The notes: generated by a model not told the origin, from the sequence alone. A stretch of 61,992 bases of DNA, filler included, from Dirinaria sp. TL-2023a (GCA_051941275.1; 8 parts of 8 records of this genome joined end to end with filler, not necessarily neighbours in it), one strand, 5' to 3'; shown: positions 46,654 through 58,970, counted from the first letter of the whole stretch. Program-made: numbers and translations.

Positions 46654-49600
46654 CTAGCTAAGATTGAATCCGGCGCCTGCATTGACACTGTAGAGCAATC
46701 TCTCCTTCAAGACCGCCTCGGACTTGTAGACGGGTAACTTGAGGAGGTTGACGCAGGTGCTCGTGGTCGGGAGGCGGCTCTGGTCATTGCCCGCGTCGCG
46801 GATACTGAAGCGGGGGTTGAGCATCTCGAAGCCGAGGAGCGGCGCGCGCGGCGTGCTCGTGACGAACTTCAGCACCTTCCGCCGATCCGCGTCTTCCAGG
46901 CCCGTGAGCACGGTCCAGAACAGGCGCACGGTGGGGTGTTCTTGGCCGTCGTCTCCGACGACGTAGACGCCGCCGTACTGGGTGTTGGCGCGGAGATCGG
47001 CGATGGAGATCTCGGACTTGGAGCCGGAGAGGAGGGTCTGGAGTTCGCCTTGGTTGAACATCGAGAGCCATGATGGCGAGACGATGTCGCCGAGGCCGCG
47101 CAAGAAGGCTGAGGTTTGGACACGGGGTTGGATTTGCAAGCGGTGCCGCGCGACGTCAGATATATAGACAGGACGGTTTTGGTTGGTCACGGGAATGGAG
47201 GACCCATTTGGTCGGAGCTCTCGTGTTATGGTTCGAGTCCCGGATTGAGAACTCGCGAGACGTTGAGAGATAGTATCGTCGATCTCGAAGGTAAGAGAAA
47301 AATCCTCGACGTTGCCGGGGTAGTTTTTGAGCTTGAGTAGGCCTTGGTAGAGGCCTTCGTCGAGATCACGTAGGTCGTTGATATTGGCCCGATAAGAGGA
47401 TTCGCCGGTTGCTGCGTTGGTGCCGCCAGTGAGAGCCCATTTGAGGAGGAAGAAAGGTGCAAAGTGGACATCTACGAGAATGCCCTCGTACAGACATTTA
47501 CCGACGATACGACCGAGAAACTCGTAGCGTTTTAGGAGATCGCGCATACTTGACGTGTACTCATGGTCGGTTTCCTTGAGGCCTGCAACCGTGAGGAAAT
47601 CACGCCGCTCATCGACAGCTGAAGGATTTGGGTAGAGAAGGTGCTGATCATTCTCAACGAAGAACTCGAGCCCACTGGTGGCGTTGAAAGTTTCATTGGT
47701 CACACTGGTGAGAAATTCCTTGGTCACGCCGCCACCATCGATACCCTCCTCCTCCGTCCCGAAACTGTCGACGAACTTGATCTGGATTGGCTCCTTTAGC
47801 CCTTCGCCCAAAGGAAAGAATTGCTCGAATGCGTCATCAAATATGCTATCTCGATGAACAGTAGCACGATGCCGGCTCATGTCGCGATTGTGGGTCATCA
47901 TATTGAACCGCCAATCATCGGGATCGTCGTAACCCCCCCTCCTCTTCTTCTGATCCATGTAAATGATTCGACGAAATATGTGTACACGTGTGGCAAATGG
48001 GATGAAGAAAGGCATGTTTTGCAGTATTTCAATCCTCGGCGTTACTGAAGCGAGATACCTCTGGCGAGCTCTTTGGTACTGTAGTTCGTCCAGACGCTGA
48101 CGATCTCTCAAACGTTGGGTTCTTGAAGTCCCAACCAGGTTGACGGCTTCGCGATCGTTATCGTCCGTCTGTGGGTTTTCAGAAGCTGTCTCATATGACT
48201 CTTCAATCATCTGTCTCTCCGCTTCTTCCCTTACCACCGCTGAAATGAACTCATCCATGTCAAAGTACTTTGTCATGAGCCAGTGTCCGCTGGGCAAAAA
48301 CTTACGTCTCGAATCGCGTTCGTATATCATGCGCAAAAGACCAGTCACCATGTCCTTCAAATACGCCAACGTCATTCCGGGCATACCTGCCAAGGATGAC
48401 TCCTCCGGTTTCAGGACCGAGTTCTCTTGACGGCTTTTGAACGCTTGATCACTCTTTGTACTGAAATACGCAGCTATACTGTCCCTATGATCTACGTCTT
48501 TGACGCCAAGTATCTCTGAGGTGTGCCAGTACATAGCGAAAGCTAGGTGCTTAAGAAAGACCGTCAAGTCTGATATCTGCTCGATGGCTAGAGCGCTCTG
48601 TCGAGTCCGCGACTCCTGGCCTCCAGAAGAAGCTGATCCCGAAAGAAACTCCTCATCATCCGTGATTCTGAGTACGAAAGCGTAAAGCTCCATAAAGATT
48701 AGAATAACTCGCCAATTCCGATTGCGCAATTCTATGGTTGATTTTGGGTTGCGGCTGCTCGCTCTAGAATCCGCTCGCAGCAGACTTATTGCCTCCTGAG
48801 GATCTTGCTTTATCGCAACGTAGACTTTGGAGCTGCGAATTGCTTCGTAGAAGAACTTGATAGCGGGAACCTTGTCATTGGAAACGCTTGTAGCGCCCCC
48901 GAAGAAGAGCCACATGCGAATGTCGTCTCCTCGACGCGGAAATACCCTCAATAAAGTCAATACGTATGTTGCTAATGCAGAAGTCTGCCTGGAAGCTTCT
49001 GATTCTTCATCAAGCGAGGTAGACATGGCTTGGAGATGAACGAGAAGGCTGCTAATGCTTTCTTGATTGACTAGGGACGAAAGTTGCTCTTCTACAAACG
49101 GCGATAATGGAGGAACTCGTTCCTTGCCAAGATTGTCGTCATCTTCTATGAAATTACGGTCCAATGCGAGACGTGATTCAATATCAGTTGCCAACACAGA
49201 GGTCATACTGGATATTACTTTGACATATTCTGCGTCGGGTTGCTGATTCCTTTTTTGGCGGCCGAAGTATATGAAATGTGCCAGAAGCCAGAGAAGTGAT
49301 TCATGATCCTCAGGTAACGAAGAGAGGGTTTCCACCATTGCTACAGTAAGGGTCTTATACGTAATCGATAATTTCCCGAGCTCAAGGTGTGTTGAAAGCT
49401 CTGGTATGGTAAGAACCTCTCTAATGAAAGCTTTATAAACTAACAGGCTGTTCTGAAAACTTAACTCCGTGCTTGACAACAGAGTTTGGGTTGCCGACTG
49501 AATTAGCCGGGAGTGTCGGTCAGTTTGCATCAGTACTCTTGTACGACGCACTTCTGTAGCTATAGCACGGTAGTATTCCAAGGGGGATATTCGAGCAGGT

Positions 49601-50262
49601 ATCGCAACGGCCATGTCACGGAGCATGCTCAGGAACTCTTCGCCGAACTCCGTGTAGATAGGGTTGTATTGTTTGCCCACGATGGAAGCCAGCAATCGCG
49701 CAAGAAGTGATAATGGAGTATCCCAAGGCCTTGCTAAAGGCTTTCCGGTTGGCCTTAACCAAGGGTCATATCTTGATTGAAAATGCAGCACACGAAGCAG
49801 ATCGTCCGGTCTATCCGGGGATGTAAACTGAACCAGCAATTTTAATTGTGCAAGGCATTGTTCTCCTGTTCGATAGGGTGGCCTCTCATGTGATTTACTT
49901 TCCGCCGAACGGATTGTCTCCTTGGCCGTATTCGGCTCAATGCCCATATCCTGATCGTGTGTTGATCGAAAATCAAGGTCTCTTTCTTCATTTTCGTCCC
50001 ACTGCTTTCTCCACTGATCCTTAACCGTATTACGTCCTCTATGCCCCCGCCAAACCTTCTGGATCTTGACCGCAGCAGGTGGGCGTTCGCGCTCCAGCTG
50101 CCTCTGGCGGCGCTCTCGTTGTGCTTGCACAACAGCATTGTTCGCAGATTGGGAGGAAGATGCATTAGGTGATGTTGAATGGACGGCAAAGGGGTTGCTA
50201 TTGCGTCCTGAGAGATTGACCTGGCGGCGAGGACGAGCACTGCCGGTAAACGAGGGTATCAT
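46654..50262 (-). CDS. HUL5: IQ and HECT domain E3 ubiquitin ligase (Hul5/UBE3C-like)
   Basis: FTGSARPRRQVNLSG, IQKVWRG (IQ), EEGIDGGGVTKEFL and LPTTSTCVNLLKLP (catalytic Cys); 1202-aa intronless ORF. Confidence 0.95.
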   Translation of the reverse strand: MIPSFTGSARPRRQVNLSGRNSNPFAVHSTSPNASSSQSANNAVVQAQRERRQRQLERERPPAAVKIQKVWRGHRGRNTVKDQWRKQWDENEERDLDFRSTHDQDMGIEPNTAKETIRSAESKSHERPPYRTGEQCLAQLKLLVQFTSPDRPDDLLRVLHFQSRYDPWLRPTGKPLARPWDTPLSLLARLLASIVGKQYNPIYTEFGEEFLSMLRDMAVAIPARISPLEYYRAIATEVRRTRVLMQTDRHSRLIQSATQTLLSSTELSFQNSLLVYKAFIREVLTIPELSTHLELGKLSITYKTLTVAMVETLSSLPEDHESLLWLLAHFIYFGRQKRNQQPDAEYVKVISSMTSVLATDIESRLALDRNFIEDDDNLGKERVPPLSPFVEEQLSSLVNQESISSLLVHLQAMSTSLDEESEASRQTSALATYVLTLLRVFPRRGDDIRMWLFFGGATSVSNDKVPAIKFFYEAIRSSKVYVAIKQDPQEAISLLRADSRASSRNPKSTIELRNRNWRVILIFMELYAFVLRITDDEEFLSGSASSGGQESRTRQSALAIEQISDLTVFLKHLAFAMYWHTSEILGVKDVDHRDSIAAYFSTKSDQAFKSRQENSVLKPEESSLAGMPGMTLAYLKDMVTGLLRMIYERDSRRKFLPSGHWLMTKYFDMDEFISAVVREEAERQMIEESYETASENPQTDDNDREAVNLVGTSRTQRLRDRQRLDELQYQRARQRYLASVTPRIEILQNMPFFIPFATRVHIFRRIIYMDQKKRRGGYDDPDDWRFNMMTHNRDMSRHRATVHRDSIFDDAFEQFFPLGEGLKEPIQIKFVDSFGTEEEGIDGGGVTKEFLTSVTNETFNATSGLEFFVENDQHLLYPNPSAVDERRDFLTVAGLKETDHEYTSSMRDLLKRYEFLGRIVGKCLYEGILVDVHFAPFFLLKWALTGGTNAATGESSYRANINDLRDLDEGLYQGLLKLKNYPGNVEDFSLTFEIDDTISQRLASSQSGTRTITRELRPNGSSIPVTNQNRPVYISDVARHRLQIQPRVQTSAFLRGLGDIVSPSWLSMFNQGELQTLLSGSKSEISIADLRANTQYGGVYVVGDDGQEHPTVRLFWTVLTGLEDADRRKVLKFVTSTPRAPLLGFEMLNPRFSIRDAGNDQSRLPTTSTCVNLLKLPVYKSEAVLKERLLYSVNAGAGFNLS

Positions 50263-51058
50263 GATATCCGGAGCTGATCTTCGGCGGGCGCGGGCTTTCG
50301 TACAGCGTTAGTCATTTCTCGAGAACATGGAATAAGATATAAGTCGTGGCGTATGGAACATGAAAGTGCAGGATTTATGGTTCGAAAGGGTCTATTAATT
50401 CCGTAGGGGTTTTTCCAGTGGAATTACTTTTGCGTTCTCCTCGAACTTTCTGCATCAGCCAGCAACGCAATTTAGCCGAGGATATTCCATTAGCGCGGTT
50501 ATGGGTACGGACGAGGGGGAGTACATGCATGTGCCTTTATGATTCATACTTATACGGCAATTGTCCGGTGTAAGAGCCACGGAGGGCATACAATAATTGT
50601 GAATGTCCTGTAATAACATGAAGAGCGAGTCAATTACATAGATGCAATGCGTCTGGAGGTGCCGAATAATTATATGTTTTGAGGCCTCGATGGTTCTCAC
50701 GTGCTCGAATAGGTTTTACGGATCTGGAGACATGGTGCCTCAGAAAGTTTGATTGCTACCTTAATGCATCAATATCTGCGACCTCATAGCTCCCACATAC
50801 GCTATCAAAAAAGACGGCCAGCCTTCGTTCCCTGCTGATGGACCAAGCCGGAGCGCCCGTAATGCCCGCTTTGTGTGTGTCAATATCCCTGCAGCATTTG
50901 CTACCCATACACTGTATTTAAAATGCGCAAGGTTTTTCTTCAACACCAACTTCGGCCTTGCTCTTTCAAAAGTATCCGCTGCGACTTCAGTAGGTGCTTC
51001 GCCAGATGTCGACGGTGATAATAGTAAGCTAGTGCTGCGGGCTCCAGCATTGGCCTTT

Positions 51059-51424
51059 TCAATTCACGCCATTCTCCTCTTTCCACCTCTCAAGGTACCT
51101 CGCTCCACTCAAAGGGCCTTTGCCATCCTCGCCTTTATACTCGCCGGCTGTAGGCTGCATGCGTTTCGTGACGAAAGGGGAAAGCTACCGGCATTAACTT
51201 TCACTTAACAACGAAGCAGTACTGAGGTATACCTTGCAGCTATCGAGATTTGCTGGAACAACATATGTCCGCACCTTGTCCCATTCGATTATGTAGTTGC
51301 CGTGCTTGGTATGTCGACCCATCGACCCGACCCTGTTCCCCTTGTAGTAGCCGCCATTGACTTGCTTCGTCGTGAGTGCGAGACGTCGGCGGTTTCTGTA
51401 GAGTGTTTGTGTTGGTTTAAACAT
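51059..51424 (-). CDS. MRPL27: Mitochondrial ribosomal protein mL41 (L27)
   Basis: [43 protein letters not shown]; intron 51185-51232; LSPFVT...[10 protein letters not shown]. Confidence 0.95.
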
Positions 51425-51668
51425 GGCTGCAAGAATTGGTAATGGGCACGCGTGCAATGCGACAGGTGGATAGACAATGATGAAGATGTAACGATAGCAG
51501 TCCCAGTCTGGATTGCGGCGAACAGGCTCTTTCCGGTTAGCTCCAAGGACCCCAGTCCGATGATCTACGAAACTTTTTCCATTATATTAGGCGACCCACA
51601 AGCCGAGTGGAACTTATTTCTAACGCATCGAATTCCTGTAATCGCCTTAAGCAAGGCATTTTTTAAAA

Positions 51669-54120
51669 ATGCCTGGAAGGCAATCAACAGGCCCGCCACC
51701 GACTTCTGCTCGTCCGAAGCAGCACAAGCGTAATCCAAAACGGACCCAAAAGCGCACATTGAATGCGCTAGCTATTGCAGAACAGGAACACCCATCCAAA
51801 ACCAAGCTTCGACAGCACCGTCTGGGAGTATCCGAGCAGGATAATGCCGAGCGAAAGAGACCGCCTGAAGAGCAGGACTCAGAAGAGGAAGATGATACAC
51901 GACCATCAAAGCGGCAGCGGGCAGGAGGGAAAGATCGCTACGGCAATCACATAGAAGGGGGTAGTGATAGTGAAGGCAATGAGTGGATGCTCGGCCATGT
52001 GGATAGTAACGATGATAGCGATCTGGACAGTGATGCAGCCATGGGTGAGAGCGATGAGGAGAAATTTGAAGGCTTCGTCTTTCGTGGAAGTTCAAGTAAT
52101 GGAACGAAGTCAAATGCACGTAAGATCGCTCAAAATCAGGTTCTGGAGGAAAATGGGTTTCCAGAAATTGATCTCGATGAGACCGAGGGCGGGCCAGCGC
52201 AAGATGGGAAAGATACAGATGAGCTAGGCGACGAGGCTGTTGATCTAGCAGATGTACTAGATGCTGACGAGGATGGTGAAATATCTGGGACCGATTCAGA
52301 CCGTGTATCAGAATCAGGAGAGTTCGGGTTTTCCGATGTCTCTGATCAGGAAGACACCAGCGATCCGAAGAAAATCGCTTTCCTTGGCGATATGATAGCC
52401 AACATGAATTCCGAAGACCCAAGCAAGTCGTCCGGGCGCAAATTGGTCAATGATTTACAGGAGTCTACCACACCTCCAACGTTCGGGATTAAAACGGATC
52501 AAAAGCTCACGCTCGCCGACCTCCAAGCTACCGTCACAGATCCGACGTTGAGGAAATCTCTCAAGCTGCTTGCTGACGACAAGTCCAACTCGTCTACCAA
52601 GCGGAAGGGCGTCCCGGGCAAATTACAAGCTCCTTTGCCAAAGAGACAACAGGACCGGTTGGATCGCGCAGCTGCGTACGAGAAAAGCAAGGAAACCCTC
52701 AATCGTTGGATCGATACTGTAAAGCATAACAGACGCGCAGAGCACCTTCATTTCCCGCTCAAAGACCCTAACTCAGCTGTGGCGCGAGGCGGCCATCGGA
52801 TGGTTCCAACTACCCAGTCAAAGCCAGTCACAGAACTGGAAAGCGTTATCCAGAATATCCTCGCCGAAAGCGGCCTTGGGACTACTGCTGCCAAAAGCAA
52901 CGAGGATGAAACCGACGACTTTGCCGATCTCCGTGACAATGAGTTGTCTCTGGAGGAAGTGCAAGCTCGCAGGGCAGAACTGAGACGAGCTCGCGATCTC
53001 CTCTTCCGCGAAGAGAAGCGTGCGAAGAGGATCAAGAAGATCAAAAGCAAGTCGTATCGTAAAGTGCACAGAAAAGAGCGTGAGCGCAATGCGCAGCGGG
53101 AGAAAGAAGCGCTGGTGGCCGCTGGAGTAGATGACTCTGAAGAGGAGCAAGAACGCAAGGACAGGACGAGAGCCGAAGAAAGAATGGGTCAGAGGCATCG
53201 AGAAAGTAGGTGGGCGAAGGGAGTGAAACAGAGTGGGCGAGCCGCTTGGGATGAAGAAGCGAGGGGTGGAGTTGCGGAGATGGCGAGAAGAGGGGAGGAG
53301 CTAAGGAAGAGGATTGAAGGAAAAAATGTAGGGAACGGCGACGACGACGACGAGTCCGCTTCGTCCGAAAGCGAGTCTGACGAGGACGACGATGAGGAAG
53401 CCGAATGCTCTGTCCGAAAACAGAAATCAAAGATCCTGAGCCGGTTGCAGCGCCTGGATGAAGGAGGTGAGGAGGGAGTCCGCGAAAAGCCCATGCTTTC
53501 CTCCATGCGCTTCATGCAGAAAGCCGATGCTGCTCGACGCGCTCACAACGACGCCGAGGCCGAGGCCATCCGCAGAGGATTGAACGACGAGGAGTCCGAA
53601 AGCGGGAACGAGCCAACAGAGCGCGCAGGCCGGAGATCATACGGGCCCTTGAAAACCAAACCCGCTGGCCCCTCGCCTACTACTACTGCTGCGCTCGAGC
53701 CAATAAGCGAATTCGAAGAAAGAGCTCATTCAGACGAAGAAGAAGCGGACGAGATCCGATTCGAAAATCCTGAGGCTGACGAGCCTGAATTCATTATAAA
53801 TGGTACCAACAAGGCGGGTCTACCCAAACCGCAAGAAAAAAAGCAATCCATCAGTCGGACCCATCTTCGGAAACCCGTCGCTCCACACCCTGAAGCGCCA
53901 CAGGACAACGACGATATAGACGACAACCCCTGGCTCTCGACCAAAAAGAAGAAGCAGAACCGCAAAGCTGCGAAACAAGATCCCCGTGCCGACGCCATCA
54001 TCACAACTACAGTCCCGCCATCATCACCGCCGCCGAAGCCACGCTCCGCACTCAAAGGCTCCCGTGCTGCTGCAGCAGCAGCAGCAGCAACAGCCGCCAA
54101 CCTACCTCCCTCATCAACCC
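51669..54120 (+). CDS. UTP14: U3 snoRNA-associated protein Utp14, C-terminus missing
   Basis: APLPKRQQDRLDRAAAYEKSKETLNRW, KRIKKIKSKSYRKVH and RAEERM..RH..SRWAK; divergent from MRPL27. Confidence 0.95.
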
Positions 54121-54262
54121 CCGCCGACATCGACAACGACAACCCCCTCGTGGCCGAGGAGCAGTTCGGACCGGCCCTGCCGATCATCCGCTACACGGAC
54201 GTCGACGAGGCCATCGCCATGGCCAACGGACTGGATGTCGGTCTCGGTGGCTCGGTGTGGAG
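54121..54262 (+). other. Bacterial-type aldehyde dehydrogenase fragment appended in frame to UTP14 (probable chimera)
   Basis: ADIDNDNPLVAEEQFGPALPIIRYTDVDEAIAMANGLDVGLGGSVW contains the ALDH EExFGP...AN..GL motifs; very high GC at third positions. Confidence 0.85.
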
Positions 54263-54362
54263 NNNNNNNNNNNNNNNNNNNNNNNNNNNNNNNNNNNNNN
54301 NNNNNNTTAATTAATTAANNNNNNNNNNNNNNNNNNNNNNNNNNNNNNNNNNNNNNNNNNNN
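54263..54362. other. Artificial contig linker
   Basis: N44-TTAATTAATTAA-N44. Confidence 0.99.
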
Positions 54363-54510
54363 GCTGGATGGGGTATAGATATAGGTCCATATATAAAGTA
54401 TCTATATAAAGTGTGTATGGTATATACAAAAAAGGCTCCCCCCCGACCGGGCGGCTCTTTTCTTCTCTTCGATTATCCATAATAGGGATGTATAGATCGC
54501 TCGCTCACTT

Positions 54511-55613
54511 TCAACACCGCCCATAAACCTGACAATAGCACTTTTTCTCGTCGGGACAACTAGAACCATATCACACATCACGGTCAGCCTACAGAGCCCA
54601 TAGAGTAAAGATAGACAAGCACAACCAGATAGACAAGCAGGGAAAAAAAAAAAAGGAAGGGAGGGGAAAACAAACTAAACAGGCCCCATTCCAAAAACAA
54701 CATGCCACAAAAACTCCATCACGCGCCCGCTCTGCGCATCGCTCTTCCCCGTCTCAACCACCCATTTCCGGAGCGCGACATAATCGCTGCGAGGACGTTT
54801 CAGGACCCTATCCCTGCTGACCGCGAACTGGGCGCAGCATGCCGCGGCGACTTGTTCTGGAACCTCCCTCCCCTCTTCCTCCCCCTTGCGCTGAAGAAGC
54901 AGCGGAGCAGATACATTCGCAAACACCTCCCCCCACACCTGCGGCGTCACATGCTTGTTCACGCGGTGCGCCGGCACGCAGCCCGGGTTCCAGTTGCAGC
55001 GCAGATTGACGTAGCCGTTTTCTTGCACGAAGGCGATGCGCAGGGTTGAGAGGGCGGCGATGTTGGAGTGCAGCGGGGTGTCGGTGTGCCAGGCTGTGAG
55101 AAAGCCGCTCGCGTGCGAGTGGATGAAGGCTAGGGTCGAGGGCAGGGAGGCGTAGTTGTCGATTATGTAGCTCAGGTAGGCCATGCTTTCGTGGCCTTTG
55201 TTGAGTGGGGTGGTGAGGGTTTTGGGTTTGTTGGTGGTGGTGGAGGAGGTAGAGGAGGAGGAAGGGTTCACGGTGTAGATTGCGTGCTGCCAGCTATTTA
55301 TTTTTTTGAGTTTTTATTTTGTTTTGGTTTTTGTAGGATGGGGTCGAAGAAAAGTGGGGGAGACGCACTCTGGAAGGTATTCCCCCACCCAGTCGGTATC
55401 CTCTGCCTCGAGCTTCGCCATGATGATGATCTTGTCGCCTGCCTTGGCTGGGATGGGAGGGACTTTATCGTGCGCGCCGGAGCGGAACGAGCTCTGGATG
55501 TAGGCTGTGACATTGTATTGGTTGCCTAGGTCTAATAGGTGCCGGATGAGGAGGAAAAACGGGATCAGGATGACGAGGGAGCTTCCGAGGGCGAGGCGGA
55601 GGGCCAGTCTCAT
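54511..55613 (-). CDS. DUF3431 family membrane-anchored protein (3 exons)
   Basis: N-terminal TM; EDTDWV, NKGHESMAYLSYIIDNY, FIHSH, GYVNLRC, CCAQFAVSR and GRVMEFLWHVVFG; last exon YCPDEKKCYCQVYGRC*. Confidence 0.92.
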
Positions 55614-56189
55614 CGTTCAGAGGGTTTATTCTCCAAAAGCATATTTGGATAAATTCTATGTTAACAATAGGTGTACTAACAATGAGGTGAAAAGCATTCA
55701 AGATAGTTACGAATGGAGATGGGTTAAAGGTGTTTAAGGTACCTATGTATGTAGCTTTTTCAAGGAAGGTTTGGATAATTTGACCAGATCAGCCTAGCGT
55801 GTTTTATTATAATTACCTTAGTTAAATCCAGCTCTCCCCAACGCTAGCACCAGTGCCTGACAAGCTGACCGTAGTATGCTTATTATAATTTGGGAAATAT
55901 GGGCGCTTGTGCGATATCATGTATTTCAGGAGAACATAAAGACTCCCTGCTTGTTATGTGCAAGCTCACTCGCATGCTGGCCCATTGAAAGGGTAATACT
56001 ACCTGGTCATTCCTGCGTGTCCATGCCGCCTCACCATACCCGCTTTTGACCTGCGCCAGAACCCATAGAATCTATGATACAAGATCATGAAGGAAAACCG
56101 CTGCCAGGCCTAGTCTCTCTCCATACCACGAGGCTCGAGCCAACCCTTGATGCCTGTTTCAATATCTGCGCACAAAACCCTACTAGGGT

Positions 56190-57033
56190 TCAAACAATCA
56201 TTTGTGCAACTCCCTGCCCACCTAGGGTCTTGCTTCCGACAAAGCCCTGCCCCTTGAGACCAGCAATAAAGAAACAGGCTGCTGTAAGCAAGAGCACCAC
56301 AGCCGCGGCTATCAGGCTCGTTCCGTGAGGGGGCACGATGAGACTGAGCCATTGGATCAAGCTCATAACGCCGTATATTGCAGCTCGCATGTAGTTCGTG
56401 GTGAACCTGCGGATGAAGGCATCAAAAGTGGAAGAAGTCGGGCAGATTCGAAGGAGGAGAGGTATTTCGACAAAGATGAGGACAAGGCCGGAGAGGCTGC
56501 AGCTTAGTATTAGCTACTGTCTACTTTAGATATAGCAAAGGCAAAATGAACTTACAGGCAAATTATGCTAAAGATGATGACGAGACTCACATGGAGTAGG
56601 TTTGCTATGCCAAGAGCGATGCAGAGTAATATGCATAGTACACCTAGCCTTCAAAGGAAAAGGGGTCAGTAAAGAACCTCACATTCTGTTCGATCACATA
56701 AAAAGCTTCGATACATTCAAAGCAGTAAAAGTATGTAACCCTCTTCTGCATTTCGGGTGTATGGATGCCAGCTTATGCATACGCCTCGGGATGCGCAGCA
56801 CAGATCCAGAAGCTAGGCTGTAGACTGATGGTATCTTTCATTGTGCATTAAAGTTCTCCTTATACAAGGATCCAATGGCCTTCTCTTTGAAGCCGCAAAT
56901 ATCTGTTGAATGTCCAAACTCACCATTGCCCATAAATACCTTTAAACACTGGATCAGCATGGTTCAAGAAGGCAGCAAACAGAGGCTTCTACTCACTGAA
57001 GTTGCGCGACCTAAACTCCTCCGCTATCGTCAT
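56190..57033 (-). CDS. TVP18: Golgi membrane protein Tvp18 (4 exons)
   Basis: Spliced product MTIAEEFRSRNFSIYGQWLGVLC..ALGIANL..FVEIPLLLRICPTS..FDAFIRRFTTNYMRAAIY..SKTLGGQGVAQMIV. Confidence 0.95.
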
Positions 57034-57820
57034 TCTGAGAGATTCAGACCACGCAATGCGTGATACCTGTGAGCAAGAAGCAGGAGCTTGATGGGGATAG
57101 CAGGTGGAGCTCTTCGTATTCTGTGTTTCAGTGATCAAGCCGGGACTGTCGTGAAGGTAGAGTTTCGTAATCTAGTCAGTCTTTGATGAGCGATGCCTTG
57201 CTCATTGCTTATCAGCTAAGATGTGATGCGTTGGATTAAGATGCTGCCTGGTTCATTGTCATCAATAGAGTGGCTTGCTTCAACTTGACAGCCTTTGCGA
57301 CAAAATAATGTCAGGGTCCAACCTAAGATCGATGCCAAGCAATGCTACTGTAGCTTGGCGAGCCTAATCCCAAAAGAGCCGAGGGGAGCATCGAGCCCTC
57401 GAGCGCCTTGAAGGTAATAATGTAGTTGGTAAGGTACCTTACGTTCAAGTCATCATTCTTTTTCTGTGCTGTCATAAGGAACACTTTTCTTTAATACATG
57501 GCTACTGTGCAGAACGGTGGGGTTCAAACTATTATGTGTAAGGATCGGATTTCCCACACAGTTGTCTACTTGGCCATGTCAGTATCAGGTTACAGCATTA
57601 GCAAATCACCCTTTGATACTGATGGCTGCGGGGAGGCAGAGCAAAGAGTACGACTGATTGCAGCTCTTTGTGGTTAGTCGCAATTGGGTCTAGCATACAA
57701 CCAACGCCCCACATGCATCAAGAACCGCTCCTGAAAGTCCTTCCGATCTTTTCTCGAAAAACAGAAAGCTCCTTGTTCAGGAGTCGGTCTGCTGAAACTG
57801 TCCAGACCGCTTACTCTCTC

Positions 57821-58563
57821 CTATCCGTATATTAATCGGAAAACATCATTGAATACAAAGTAACTCCCAGCGCCGTCCGGCAGCAGTTGGAAGACCTGGC
57901 TATAGTTCATGGGCCGTTGCTCTTCATCGACCTATAGGCACAGAATATTTCGATTAGTATATATGCTCTGCATCTGTCATACAGCTGAAGCAAGGGCATA
58001 CCAAGAGAGCGCCGGTCACCATTACCAATATTCCACCATTTTCATTTGACGGTTGAGCATCCTGCGTATTGATCTTGTGTATGACCTTCTTGAAAGGTAA
58101 TGACTGGGCCGGGTATGAGCATCGAAGTCCACAAGGACGTTGTTCTACCTACATCGAGTTTCTCAATAATCCCGGCGACACCTTGAATTGCTGAAGTTTC
58201 GAAGGTGAGCATCGATTGGTCGCGCTGGCAAGAAATGTCAAAGTCAGCGTCGCTAAAATAGCTGGCATTCATGCCGAGAACGTACATAAAGAGCTGCTAG
58301 GTTCTTTCGGTCATTGTCGAAGGTGTTGTAATAGAACTGGGTAAATTGCTCTAAGGAAGAATTAGGCTGTACGATCACAATAGGTGTATGTTTGTGCCTG
58401 CGCAGCTCTGGTGCGCCAGAGGGCTACCCACGTGCAATAGCATTGAAGTCTATCGACACTGTCAGTACATTCTCGATCTACCTTGATGTGGATGCGCTGG
58501 GAAGCCCAAGCATCTACCACCATGCGCAACAGAAAGGTTGGACGCATGAGGCTTACCACCCAT
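57821..58563 (-). CDS. NTF2: Nuclear transport factor 2 (multi-exon)
   Basis: Spliced product MGDFNAIAQQFTQFYYNTFDNDR..LYRDQSMLTFE..SLPFKKV..DAQP..VTGALL..PMNYSQVFQL..YFVFNDVFRLIYG*. Confidence 0.96.
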
Positions 58564-58970
58564 TGTATTCGATGTGTTTCAGATGAGATGGTGGACTGTT
58601 CGGCTTGATGCTCGAGTCCCTAAAGCGAAATGTACTTTGCAGATAGACAGGAACTTTGAAGGTTGAATCGCGGGATGATGAACGCCGCGGCAACAAGCGC
58701 GGGGTGTTCTCCGATTCGCCAAATGTGTGTTTTCTCAGCACTCCGACCAGGGCTTATTCAATCTCCCACTCAAAGTACCAGACCGCAATCCAGTGTTGTA
58801 GGTAGGGATTCAAGCTGTTTCGTAAGAAAAATGGCCGTCTTACGCGATGGTTTAGAATATTCAAGGGGATACATCAGGATCTCCATGTTAGGGCCCTACT
58901 CGGCCGACATACTGGTGAGCTTCCTGACACGTTAGACACTATCTCTGTTTGCCAGCAAACCTGCTTGCTG

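Noticed and set aside
51669..54314. Novel Utp14-ALDH fusion protein
   Set aside because: Only ~47 aa of ALDH at the very end of a contig, replacing the conserved Utp14 C-terminus; a misassembly is far more parsimonious.
56670..56922. Extra snoRNAs or riboswitches in long introns (TVP18, also 28447-28647 and 37717-37983)
   Set aside because: No paired C/D boxes, rRNA complementarity or TPP aptamer motif seen; H/ACA RNAs cannot be excluded by eye.
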